Source of the DNA: Octopus sinensis
Lineage: Eukaryota
Length of the DNA: 64,000 nucleotides
Direction of reading: 5' to 3'
Assembly: GCF_006345805.1 (NCBI RefSeq)
Contig: NC_043008.1
Coordinates: 75,888,001 to 75,952,000, forward strand
The position numbers were made by a program, and so were the translations under genes. This document shows, piece after piece, positions 40,466 to 53,868 of the stretch; positions within the stretch are counted from its first letter, which is position 1; every line of letters starts with the position of its first letter. Under the pieces are notes generated by a model. That model saw only the letters and a list, made by a program, of their open reading frames with translations. It did not search any database and had not been told where the DNA came from.

Positions 40466-40793
40466 TCTTTATTTAGCTGTTTCAATCACTAGATTGCAGC
40501 CATGCTGGGGCACTACCTTGTAGAAGTTTTAGTCGAATGAATCGATTCCAGTACTTAACTGTTTTGCTAAGCTTTATACTTATTCTACCGAATCCTTTTA
40601 CCGAACTACGAGGTTGAGAGGACGTAAACACAAAGACGCACACATATGCGATGGTCTTCTAGTCTCTTTCCACCGTATTCACTCACAAAGCTTTGGTCGG
40701 TCCGAGGCAGTAATTGTAGGCGCCTGCCTAAGATGTCATGTAGTGAGACTGAACCCGGAAGTCAGCTTCTTACCACACAGACACGCCTGCCCC
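40466..40793 (-). mobile_element. SINE family 2, old
   Basis: Minus strand head ggcaggcgtgtctgtgtggtaagaag and tail gtgccccagcatggctgca..gaaac. Confidence 0.7.
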
Positions 40794-41473
40794 TATATAT
40801 GCTTGCTTGAAGATATATCAATGAACAACATTCGAATGAAATATAAATACACACATGCACACACAAACACACACACACACACACACACAACACACACACA
40901 CACAACACACACACACACAGCTATATTCTTCGAAACAAAATTCCATGAAGTGCAGATCTTCTTCCAAAAGAATCCCAACACTCAGACGTGAAAAGCCCCA
41001 TTCGTTACACACATAGCTAATAGATATATCCTTAATTAATTTTTCAAATTAACTAATAAAAAAATTCAACTTAACATACGCACACATATGCACACTCAAG
41101 AAAAAGAAAGAAACTAAACAAAAAGAAATGAATAAATAAATAACGTGCTCAACATCAACTCTCTAATGAACCATAAATATATTAATAACAACTTTCCACG
41201 TACAATTACAAACACCACACCATGGAAATAATCCATACAACCAACAACAAAACAAAAACAAGAACAAGCTAGCAGCAGGAGACAATACACCCGCCATGGA
41301 ATATGAACACAACACCAATTCGTCTGAATTTCGCAACTTGTGTAAAAATTGAGTCGTAAGAGAAAGTTTCATATTCGGTAACAATGTGTGTATGAATGTG
41401 GTTGAGTGAGCAGACAGACAGATAGACATACAGATAAATACATACATACATACATAATCACATACATACATAC

Positions 41474-43293
41474 TGTAAACCCCTTGTCATTCATATTAAA
41501 GAAGTTTGAAGAATGTCTCACTGGTTCACAAGGAAGCAGAAAAGCAAAAAGTACACAGTTTCAACATTTTCAAAGGATGTAGGATTGAAGTTTTGTCAGG
41601 ATAAACGTTATATGACTGTGAAAGGGGGAAAACTATAAATCAGACTAGTAACCGCTCCATTAATGATTCCCCTGTATCTAACGAGGAATGTTACAGGTAT
41701 CTGGTGTGGATGAAAATATATATTACAGTGGCACCTGCAACAAAACACATGTCACTAAAGAATATTACAGCTGAATAAAGAAAATTTGGACCCCAGAATT
41801 CACTGCATTCAATAAAACAGTAGCCCACAATGTCTTTGTTGTGACAGTAATCGTACCAACATTTAGGCTGCTTTATTGGACGCTTGATGAGATCCGAGCC
41901 ATTGATGTGAAAACCCGAAAAATACAAACAAGATCATCTAATTTCCTCATAAACAATGATGTAGACCGCCTCTGCCTAAAACGAAAATAAGGCGGAAGAG
42001 GCTTAACATCGATTCAAAATGCCTTTGAATATCACATCATATCTCTTTAGTAACATCTTTTAAACACCAAGTGTCGAAGTGCATCCCTTGACCAAGTATG
42101 CATACATGAGGCTGAAAACATCATAAGACTTGGAAGGCAGCTCCTTGAGCAACACTCTTTGCCTGATAATCTAGAATACATGCCCAAAGAAGTCGCCCGA
42201 CTCTACCGTAACATGTCATGAAATGAAAGGATGAGTCTATATGAGTATAAGACTATGCATGGGTATGTTACTAGAAAGCTCCGTGATGATAGTAGCATCA
42301 ATCATCAAAGCAGTATATCATAGAACAATAGCTGGATTATTACTTCCCACTGTGAAGGAAATGCGTTTGCAATTCAGAAACAGGAAATATCAACCAAGCA
42401 CCTGATGCACAAAAGGGATAGAGATGCAGGTAAAGCCGTAAAGCGCGACAACCAGTGCAGACTTTGTGGAGTTCACACTGAAGATATCACCCACATCATA
42501 AGCAGTTGCGCGAAACTGTCATCATGGTATTATTTACCGATGAGACATGAAGTTGTAGCTAGGACACTCTACACTGAAATCCGTCAGAAGGATGATCCCG
42601 AGGACATAGAAATACGAACTCATAATATGGTAGAAGCTTTAGCCACTCATAATAAAAAAGAATACTGGTAGAATGTACCAGTAAAATGCTCAATAAAATG
42701 TAAGCTCAAAAAAATCTGATATAATGATTCGGGATACAGAAGAGAAACTGTGCACAGTTGTGGAAATGAGCTGCCCAGCAGATGTTAACGGAAAACTGAA
42801 GATCAGTGAAAAAAGAGAACACCTGTGCTGAACTATTTGAGAAATCTGCTGTTACTCTATCCAGATTACAGGTTCAGGTTTATACCTGTAATTATTGGTG
42901 CCATTGGATATGTAACATACTGCCTAAATACCAAGCTTGAGAAATTAGGCTTCTCAAAGCCAGAGAGGAGAAAACTAATTCGAAGACTAGAGATACAAAT
43001 CATCAGAGGAACTGTAAAAATCTGTAAAACCTTCCAGACGTTTATCATGTCTAGATATGCAACTATATGCATGAGAACACATACATAAAACATACAAATC
43101 TGCACATACATACATGCATGCATGAATGCATACATGCATACATACATACATACATAGATACATACACACTACATACAAACTAAAATGCCCTGTTTTTTTA
43201 TGCTAAAATTTGAATGAAGGCGCCTTGAATCTAGGTTAGAAACCGGTTTCTTCTCTATTGGCAAGAAATCTTGAAATAAACTGAAAAATGCGA
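41474..43293 (+). mobile_element. 5'-truncated, decayed RLE-type LINE of a different family, embedded in (TACA)n
   Basis: VNPLSF.., AIDVKTRK, CRLCGVHTEDITHIISSC..MRHEVVA, ..DIMIRD..VVEMSCPAD, FIPVIIGAIG..GTVKICKTF; (CATA)n upstream and a (TACA)n tail at 43294-43345. Confidence 0.85.
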
Positions 43294-43599
43294 TACATAC
43301 ATACATACATACATACATACATACATACATACAGACATACATACATAGAGGGATGCATGCATGCATTCACGTATACATACTGGGAATAGTTTGAAGTTGC
43401 CTTACCTAGTTCTTGGTGTGTTAAACTAACAATCTCAACTCGAAATGAAGTGCCTCTGCAAGGAGAGACGTGCCGACCGATGCAGTGACGGTGTGTGTGG
43501 ATCCTCATGAAAGTTACTTCATCTTAAGTTGTTTCAGTCTACTCTGCTTAAATGAAAATCCATCACCTACAAGTACCATCCTCTTCATTTAACTAGGGG

Positions 43600-43609
43600 A
43601 AGGTGGTAC

Positions 43610-43700
<91 letters not shown>
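43600..43700. repeat. (GATA)n microsatellite
   Basis: Seen directly. Confidence 0.95.
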
Positions 43701-43701
<1 letters not shown>

Positions 43702-44499
43702 TGACAGGTAGATAGATAGAGTCGTTAAACAATTAGTAAGTTAAAAGAATTAAGCACTCATGCTTGATAACACAGTTTGTATATTAATCAAAATATACTT
43801 TATTGTACATCAATTTCAGCCGATTTTACCCAGCCATTTCGCACGTGACATTTGATAAGTAGATTAGACTACAAGACCCCGCTTTTCATAGTAGACAGTA
43901 TAGAGAAAGTGCGACTGCTCTCTGGTTCTGGAATGAGGAAATGTCACATTTAGTTTGTGGGCGATTTGAAAACTTCGAAGCGAAGCTGCAGGAAATGATT
44001 GAGGGGAATCCATTGGTTAGGAAAACCCTTCTCTAATGGTTTGATATATACAGAAAAGATACTTTGAAGCTATCGACGGGGACGAAAGACCACATACTCA
44101 ACAGGCTTAGCAAGGACCTAACTAATATTCTGAATTCTCTAGGTCCAATAGAAATAAATACTTCAACACACATATTAAACTCAAACAAATCCCACCAAAA
44201 TTCGTTTTACTAGCTGTCACAACCAAGCTTTTGGAGTAAGGAATATAACTCTATATGGAATCCCATCCCTTTACCGTCTCATACAGTTTCTTTTTCTCTC
44301 TTTCAGTGCATTCACAAAAGTATGTAATAATTCCTCATATCCAATAATTTGTTTTCCACCAACACGTACACTTGATGAACGCAGCATTAGATAATCATTG
44401 GAATATCAAATACCCTAAATGTATTTATGTATACTTTCATTAATGCACGCAGGCACACGGATATAAATATGTATGCCCGCGTACGTGTGTGTGTTTTTG

Positions 44500-45718
44500 T
44501 GTGAGGAAGGAATTATTCTCAGATATTCTCTCAGTTTTTCAACTCCTATAAATCAGTGGGGATATTTCTGGACCTCCTCTTGCAGACAGTTCTCCTCATC
44601 TTTTATATCAGCCTTTCTGCTGAGTGCCAGTTTCTTTATTTCCTAACTCGAGCGCGCAACCAACTGGTAAAATTGGTAAATTTGGTACAAATAGAGCTAT
44701 ACTACTGCCATGAGCAAAACATAAGTTTACGAGTTGTTTTCATATTTTAGGAACATTCCCTTGTCGCATGAAAGCCAATTTTCTTCAGGGCGAATGTCGA
44801 CCACCCGGCTGAATGAAAACATCACGAACAATTCATGAGCTGATCTTGGGGGACCGTCACCGAACAATTGAGAAGTTTTTAGTTATGGCTGGTGCTGTCC
44901 GATGCTGATGTGTCGGATGAATTTTGAGCGAAGAATTGTGAATGAAAAGAGTTGCAGCAAGATTTGTGCCTCACTTACTCACGGAAGCTCCAAAGGAGTC
45001 ACGACTAAATGCGTGTTGTGAAATGAAAGAACAATGTCAGTTTATCCAAACATTTTTTCGGAGGTCATTGCTGGTGACCAAAGCTGGTGCTAAGATTACT
45101 ACCAGGAAATGAAGTAGTAATCAAGTCAATATTATCACGGTCCCCAAAAGTGCAACAAGTAAAGTCCAATGTCAAGACGATTCTGATTTGATTCATCGAT
45201 GCGAAAGGAATTGTCCAAAGAGTATTTGCTCCTCCTGGTCAAACTGTTAACCAGACATTTTACTTGGCAGTTCTGAAGCGTTTGCGAGACACGGCGAGAC
45301 GAAAATGCCACGACTGGTGACAAAGTGGAGAGTGGTGATTCCATCACGACAATGCACCTCCGCGCATTTCCATGAGTGAGAATAATTTTTCGATCAAAAA
45401 TTACATGACCCCGTTTACTCACCCTCCCTATTCACCCGATTTTGCCCCCTGCTATTTTCTTTTTCACTCAGAACGAAAAAAGGCCTTCAAGGAAAACGTT
45501 TTGTAGATGTGAATGAGGCGAATAAAAAAACGATGGAGGCGTTAATAGGTATCATTTCGCAAGAGTTCTAGGACTGCTTCCAACAGCAGAAAACGCATCT
45601 AGACCGATGCATTGCTTCAAATGGAGAATAATTTGAAGGTCGATAAAAGGTAAACATGCAAAACTAAGTGAATAAAATGATATTGCTAAATTCCGGGACT
45701 TTTTAGGTACCCCTTCCT
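44500..45718 (+). mobile_element. Decayed mariner element
   Basis: MKRVAARFVPHLLTE, IAGDQSW, KSNVKTILI..DAKGIV, HHDNAP, HPPYSPDFAPC; 3' TIR-like ccgggactttttaggtacccc followed by TA. Confidence 0.85.
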
Positions 45719-45848
45719 ATAAGTTTAATTGTCTTTTTCTATCTATCTATTTACTTGTATTTCTGCTTGTCTCTCTTTATATATAAATATATATATATAC
45801 ATACATACACACTCAGATATATACATGGTATGTATGTATATATATATA

Positions 45849-46013
45849 GGCGTAGGATTGGCTGTGTAGTATGTAGCTTGCTTACGAACCACATGGTTCC
45901 GGGTTCAGTCCCATTGCGTGGCACTTTGGGCAAGTGTCTTCTACTATAGCCTCGGGCCGACCAAAGCCTTGCGAGTGGATTTGGTGGACGGAAACTGAAA
46001 GAAGCTCGTCGTA

Positions 46014-46080
<67 letters not shown>

Positions 46081-46082
46081 AG

Positions 46083-46116
<34 letters not shown>

Positions 46117-46318
46117 TTGTGTGTCTGTGTTTGTCCTCCCAGCATCGCTTGACCACCGATGCTGGTGTGTTTACATCCCCGTAACTTAGCGGTTCGGCAA
46201 AAAAGACAGATAAAATAAGTACTAGGCTAACAAAGAATAAGTCCCGGGGTCGATTTGCTCGACTAAAGGCGGTACTCCAGCATGGCCACAGTCAAATGAC
46301 TGAAACAAATAAAAGAGT
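45849..46318 (+). mobile_element. SINE family 2, full length, with expanded internal microsatellite
   Basis: Collinear with 14050-14455. Confidence 0.9.
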
Positions 46319-46402
46319 AATATGTGTGTGTATGTACTTATGTATAAATATATATATATGTACACGCACACACACACCCATACAGTTATATATCGTATGT
46401 AT

Positions 46403-46465
46403 ACGAGGGGGTGATGAAAAGTTCCTGGCGTTAGGCAAAAGAAAATACAGGAGGGTCAATGAATT
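46403..46465 (+). mobile_element. Isolated mariner-like terminal inverted repeat end
   Basis: TA followed by cgagggggtgatgaaaagttcctgg. Confidence 0.45.
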
Positions 46466-47689
46466 AATGCACGATATATGTGTATACATGAATATAAATG
46501 AGATGTACAAGTTATATAATCCAGAACCATAATTGTGCGATGCAGAAAGTAACAATTATCCCCGATATTTTTTATCCTCTTCTTTGCTTATTATTCTCAA
46601 ATCTTCCAATATTAATTAATTATTGATCTCTCTGAGCCAAGCAATGTACAATTATTTCTCAATCAAAATCTAATTTCACTCGATAACGAGAACGGTGAAC
46701 AGAAAAGGTTTGGAATTCTGATGGCATATGAATAACGGTGGAAGGGGATGAAGTTGAGAAAGATTTAAAGAATGAAAGTTGTTACAGAAGAAAAAGAAGA
46801 TAGAAGATAATGCACTTTAAAATAATTCTTAATTCGAATCGCATTTCTGGCTTGGATTTAAACTATGAAATAGACTGTGTCGAAGAAGGAAAAGTTTTGC
46901 TTCGGGAATTAAATTAGAATATCTAATAATATATTTATCTCTTACATAAATCAGTGGATATTGTGATTAAAGTACTCTTATGTAGACTCTTACATTTAAT
47001 GTGGAACTAAAATTATTAAGATCACTAAGATCATGCTATTAGCTTCTACTACAGTCTGCATGGCTCCGCAATAGAAAACATTCTGACAGTAAAAGGACTC
47101 GGTAAGGAAAATGTCACTGCAGATCCAGAAACCTGCAAATGCTCATTATGGAAATAGTTTCAGACAAGCTGTGAAATCATAAGAAACACAATTATTGTTT
47201 CAATAGCTTTCTACGAAGCGATATATTGCAGTCACGTAGTACATTAGCACCAAACATTAAAGGTTTTGTAATGTCACCGTCAGATATACCAGATTTGAAT
47301 CTATAATTTTCTACATACCTAATCTTCTTTCTCACATCCTTTTGGAGCACATTGTCGTAGCAGTGTCTATTTCCAAGGAGGACCTTTTCCTAGTAGTATA
47401 TAGTCTATAGTTGTACGGGTAATCGAAGAATAGGTCGCCTAATATGCTATGTCATAGCAAATATATTTGTAATTGCGTTTGAAATAATTAAACTAATATT
47501 TTTCAAATTTTTATTTGTTCAACAGATTTTCAATTGAGAGACTTGTTATTTCTTTGACTGTGTGCCTATAAAAGACTTCATGAAAGAGTATGTGCAGGAT
47601 TTGTGATGGATTATATTCAGACAGAAGAAACTGGATATGATTATGGGTTAGAATAGCTTCACTTCCTGCTTTGAACGTATAATACTCCT

Positions 47690-47902
47690 TTCTACTATAG
47701 GCACAAGGTCCGAAACTTTTGGTGGGGAGGAAGCCAGGCGATTAGATCGAACCCAGTACACGACTGGTACTTAATTTATCGACCTTGAAAGGATGAAAGA
47801 CAAAGCTGACCTCGGCGGAATTTCAACTCAGAACGTAAAGATAGACGAAATACCGCTAAGTATTTCGTGTGGCGTGCTAATGTTTCTGCCAACTCGCTGC
47901 CT
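47690..47902 (-). mobile_element. SINE family 1
   Basis: Reverse complement is collinear with 28128-28290. Confidence 0.85.
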
Positions 47903-48029
47903 ATTGGAACCTATAATATTATAAAATAAGTGAAGGCGAGTGGCTCAGTGGTTAGGGCATTCTTCTCGTGTACAAATCCTTCTTGAAAATGCAATTCACT
48001 TATTTTGTGCTTCTTCCCATTTCATGACA

Positions 48030-48405
48030 AATTTCTTATATTTTTGGACGACAGTTTTCCATGTCTATTCACTGAACCTTCTCAATCGGCTTCTCGTTTC
48101 GACTTGCGGATGGCCTGCTTCAGCGTGCCTCTTTTTCCAGTAACGTGCTGCCATGTTATAAGCGGTTGTATCACTTCTTGATCTGCGTTCCTTTTGTCCA
48201 TGACATCATCGCCAAATGCCCGCTGAATCTGCTGGACGCACTCTATACGTATGTATTCAGGGCATAGTAGCCGGAAACTGACACCCTACCGGCACGAAAA
48301 CTTTTATGCATGCACAGGAGGAGTGGCGTCGCCTTCCACCCAAAGGATTTTGCCTACACGGCATTAGTTTTGTTGAAAGAATAAAGTTACTTATTTTTAG
48401 AACAC
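48030..48405 (-). mobile_element. Mariner 5' fragment (HTH region)
   Basis: IQRAFGDDVMDK..GHPQVET-like HTH remnant; ends at a TA. Confidence 0.6.
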
Positions 48406-48892
48406 AGTATATATGATAAAGTAGCGAGATCGAAAATATTTGTATTACAGATTGTTGATTAGCCACAATCATATATAAGGCTAGTATAGATGATAAAGGA
48501 GACGGAAAATACACTTCATCCCATGTCAAATTAGTCAAAAATTCTGATAAGATGACCGCTACTATATAACTCCAGAATATAGCAACAAAAGTAACTGATT
48601 ATGCGATAATATGATCGTGGGAAAAGGGAATGAAATAGGAAGTTACGTACTACACATATTTCAAAAGATTCACCGATCGCAAATTATATGATCTTAATGA
48701 ACTGCATGGATTTTCGGTGTTTTTTCTCATCGGGTACTTTTCTGGCAGTCGCTAACGACTCTATTGTCGTAATGTTGCGAAGAGAAAGAACACTGAGCAT
48801 CTATAAAGCACCATAAAGTTGCTTGATATGCATTCGGCAAGCCTTTTGAAACATTTGAAGTACGTAAATACCTATTGTATTCCCCTTATCCA

Positions 48893-48952
<60 letters not shown>

Positions 48953-50249
48953 CAGAGAGAGTTATATAGATATTACTTAGATAGATCGATAGATACATAG
49001 CTAGACATACAGACAGACGGACGACGGACAGACATACAGGTAGAGAGACTGACAGACAGACAGAGACTAAAAATCATGGTGCCTAATAAATCTGCCACAG
49101 CTGAATCCCTGAGCCGTTTTCTCAATATTAGCGTAACATAATCGCTTCGACGTAATTGGTTTGAAACTATTTGAATATTCATCATTGCTAATCGTATGAT
49201 AAATGGTTAGTCAAAATCGTCAGAGCAGTCATATGCCACCCTTCAACATCATTGGTTTGACAATAAATGATTATATAACATTAGTACCCTGATGTGATAT
49301 GAATTTACAGATAACAGCTATGGTGATTTTAGCAGCTCATTAAACACCCAGTCGTTATATTTCGGTTACGTTTGTTGAATGTAGAATGAGATCGAGCGTT
49401 GGTGAGGTTGATGTTTCCTCATAATCCTTCATATTTCAGCAGAGACACACTTAATACAGGAATCTTTTAATTTGGTTGAAGAAACCCCCACAATTGTTGT
49501 TAATTCCATTATCTCTGCCGTAGCAACACATGTCAAAAAGGGATGAACTATAAAAATTAACCCGTCAAACGTTGCTGCCTCCAAATGTTACTTTGCTAGG
49601 ATCATGCCAAACCGACTAATTACCAACAAACTGAAGTGTGATGAAATATTCAGGGCACACACCTGAATTAAAATTAGACCGAATAGCATTGGCATATATA
49701 AAACATTAACGAAATATTTTCACTTAATTTATTGTAATATTTCGCAATTCTTAAATATAGTTGCTTTTTTCGTTACACATAATCTTTTCTAAGGCCCAAA
49801 ATTTTCATTTTGTATTAGAGATGCACATTAAAATAATTTAAGAAGTAATTCATTTAACGCTACTTAGTCTGTAAATGATATAGATTAGTATTAATATATC
49901 ATCAACTTATGAGATTTTCGAACCAATGTTCTCCGTCTTTCGTTACATTGCTATCTTGATAAAGGGAATGAGGCGCCATAAGAAACATAAAATGCAAAGC
50001 TTCCAATCGTTGAGCAGTAACTTAATGTTTCAGTATTGCTCTATTGCTTTCTATGATTCTGAATGTTCGAATTTGTGAGAATCTAAACCGATGTAACTAC
50101 CGTAAATTAACCATAACTATTCAGAATTGGGATATGCATCCACACATTGCTTGGGAAACTTGTTTTAACTTTCAAAAACGAGTTCATCAAGCATACACAT
50201 ACATACACACACATATATACATACACATATATATGTGTGTGTATATATA

Positions 50250-50290
<41 letters not shown>

Positions 50291-50315
50291 ATATATATAT
50301 ATATATATATATGAT

Positions 50316-50360
<45 letters not shown>

Positions 50361-50530
50361 TATTATATAAAAGGGCTTAGTAAAATAAATTACTTTGCCG
50401 CATACTGAACTCATTAGAAATAGCAGCTAAAAAACTTTTTTAAAAACTATTTCTAATACTTAAAGAAAATCTTGGTGAACACTTGGTGAAATTGATTAAT
50501 AATTAATTAATTTTGCCCTCAATTGTTGAA

Positions 50531-50565
<35 letters not shown>

Positions 50566-50606
50566 ATGTATATGTATATATATAATATATATATATATAT
50601 ATAATA

Positions 50607-50649
<43 letters not shown>

Positions 50650-50653
<4 letters not shown>

Positions 50654-50916
50654 AATCAAGGAACGGCCATAATAGGCCATTCACCCACTAGAAATAACAG
50701 CCAAAAAGCTTCAACCGCAAAATAACATTAATTCCGTAAACCAGGAGAAAATTAAAAAACATTTACCCTGAAATTCCTTATACGATGCACCGTTTCTTCT
50801 ACTGTTTAATGGTAAACTAACCTGATTAAATTAAATCAAGCCAATCTACCATTGAAGCTTTTTGGCTGTTATTTCTAGTGGGTGAATGGCCTATTATGGC
50901 CGTTCCTTGATTGTGA
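50650..50916. mobile_element. MITE, 267 bp, perfect ~65-bp TIRs, TA-flanked
   Basis: tcacaatcaaggaacggcc...aagcttcaa (50650-50714) is the exact reverse complement of 50852-50916. Confidence 0.85.
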
Positions 50917-51015
50917 TATTGAACTTAAAAATGGTTTATGACTATTTAATTTTTTCCCACTAGGCCGCTGGGGGCAAAAGAATTCTACAAAATTGTTTTG
51001 CCTCCCTATATTGAT

Positions 51016-51062
<47 letters not shown>

Positions 51063-51795
51063 GTATATATATACAATACAAAATGAGACAAGAACGCAAA
51101 ACATCCACATAGACGATACAAAGAAAGCAAGGTCGAGTCATTCGAAGTTTTCTTTCCTCAGTCAAGTACAAGATTATCTTCGCTATTTCGGCTGATTATA
51201 CTTGAGATTGCTCCAATCTGGCCAGCACCAAGGACAAACTAAGCTAAGAGCATTAAATTCCTTAGAAGAAAGCAGCGAATGTATACAAAAGCTATGACGG
51301 AAAAAACGGACAATGTGACACAAATACAATACAAATAACAACAGGTGTCTTTCGACTAAGGGCAAATTAAATTAAGCTGGCGTGCGTGGAAATGAAGCCT
51401 TACAGCAGGGATACAAGATTGCACAAACACAGGGAGGAATATCGATGTTGCACGGACAACGGCCAGACCAAGGAAGAGAGAACGGGCTTGGCGGAACGCC
51501 GGTCACGTGGGAAGATAAGAGAAGGAAGTAGAAGCAGATGGACAGAAGAATTAAGGAGGAGCGAGGAATAATGATAGGGACACAGTGAAGGGAAAAGTGA
51601 GCAAGAAGTGAAGGCAAAGAAATATGAGAGAGGGGGAACGAAAGAACGAAGAGTGGAATGAACGAATAAGCGTGAAAGGGCGGATAGACAAAAATAGAGT
51701 CGTATATATATATATATATATATATATACAATAGAAATATTAAAATTACTAAGTCTCTCTAAAGGAGATTACGACAGTGTTACTGGAAATTAATA

Positions 51796-51971
51796 GTTAT
51801 CGCCATACTAATATGGCAGTCTTATAAATATAAGACTAAAGCTGTCGCTGATTAGCTCCATGAAGGTTTATAATGGACGCAGTTTGTGTGTCAAATAGCT
51901 AGCTTAAGGCGATGGCCTCATGGAGCTTTAGTCTTATATTTATAAGACTGCCATATTAGTATGGCGATAAC
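51796..51971. mobile_element. MITE, 176 bp, 48-bp perfect TIRs each built of two hairpins, TA-flanked
   Basis: 51796-51843 is the reverse complement of 51924-51971; TA at 51794-51795 and 51972-51973. Confidence 0.85.
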
Positions 51972-53147
51972 TATATATATATATGTATGTACGTATATGA
52001 GCACACGTGCACACACGCGCATGTGTGGGTGTGGGGGCATGTGTATGCACACTAGTGTAATGTTTGAGCGCATGCATACGATGCGTCCATATACGGGAAT
52101 ATATGTGTATATACTGTGTATATTTGCATCCATGCGTACATGTATACACAGGTGTGCACATATACATGAGTCTAATACGTAAATTGGTATATCCAGTAAG
52201 TTAACACTGCCGTATGTGGTGGCTATATTAGAAATGCGTTTGGAGACAAGAATGGATTAGATGGATGCTAATGAACGAGAAACAACTCCCGAAATATAGC
52301 ATATATTACCCAATTTTTGCTCCAATTTCATTGCTTGTTTACAACTGATGTCTCCATACGAAATGTTGTCGCAAAAATCAGTGCTGGCTATAGTTTCTAT
52401 AGAATATCTGTAGAAACCACGTTAAAGATAATTCAAAAACCTTAGAAACAACCTTAAAAATAACGAATCATTGGCGCAAAGCAGTGTTTAAGTATGAACA
52501 CAATTTAGAATAGTTGAAATATGTTTGTTGCGTATTTCAACAGCTAAAGGTAAATCCACTACAGCTACCGTGAAGAAAAAATCCCTCTTATGGTAAAAAA
52601 GTTAGATCGGGCGACCGGCAAGCGCAAATAAGACAACGTGTTGACTGAATTATATATAAAGATGCAAGATTTATTTAGTTCGTTCAGAGTTGCCTCTCTT
52701 AGGCACATCTCGATGACAAGAGTGAAAAAATCAGACCATCAATGTCTGAGATTCCTGACAGATAGCGATACTGAACGGACTGGTGCTTTCACACCTGTTA
52801 CCATAAGAGAGATTGTTTCTCCACAGTAACTGCAGTGTAGTTGCGTTTAGCAGTTGAAACATGTGACGAAGATATTACAACTAACCTAAATTGTACTCTG
52901 ACATTAAGAATAATTTAATAAACATTGCTGAGGCAGTAGGACATGGTACTCACTCATAAAAACATTTAATATACCTCATAGTATATTGGGTTTGCATAAC
53001 CATAACGAAGTACTACGCACCTATAAATCTTTAATATGCATATATATATATACAAAGATAGATAGATAGATAGATAGATACATACATACATACATACATA
53101 TACATATATATATATATATATAGATAGATAGATAGATAGATAGATAC

Positions 53148-53245
<98 letters not shown>

Positions 53246-53377
53246 TGTATCTATCTATCACACACACACATATATATATATATACACGCACAGAGGCTAC
53301 AATGGATAAATTATTGCCATTTTATATTGCTTGTTTTTACATTACTTGCTTTTGATTTTGTCAATTGCGCACTATAT

Positions 53378-53868
53378 CAGGGTCAGTTGGACACCGTCTT
53401 CCAAAATAACAGCACTATGATGCAATTCGCTCTGCCAGAAATTTAGAAACGACATTCTGTACATCTTGGCATTCACGCCAGGAGCTCCATACGAACATTT
53501 CAGAGTGTCTTGGTTTCAACCTGAGAACAATGCATGTACCAAGAGTGATAAAAATGAAACATACTGTCAACATCATGGCGTTTAGAGTGATCACTAGTGA
53601 TCGTGGCATCATGCATCCATTCATTTTACCACACGATCTCAAAATCAACATGGAGGCCTACATCAAGTGCCTGGAGTGGGTAGTTCTGACCTGGGTGAAG
53701 TGGGTGGTTTTTAGGAGATCCTATGTCTAACAACAGGATTCTGCACCACGCCACACATGCAGGAGTACCCAGTCGAAGCTGTAAGACAATTTCTGCGACC
53801 ACATCACCCCTAACACCTGGCCACCTAACTCTCCATGCTGCAATCCTTTTGATTATTAAGTATATGGG
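53378..53868 (+). mobile_element. Tc1/mariner, internally deleted and decayed
   Basis: KHTVNIMAFRVITSD..QQDSAPRHT..WPPNSPCCNPFDY. Confidence 0.85.
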
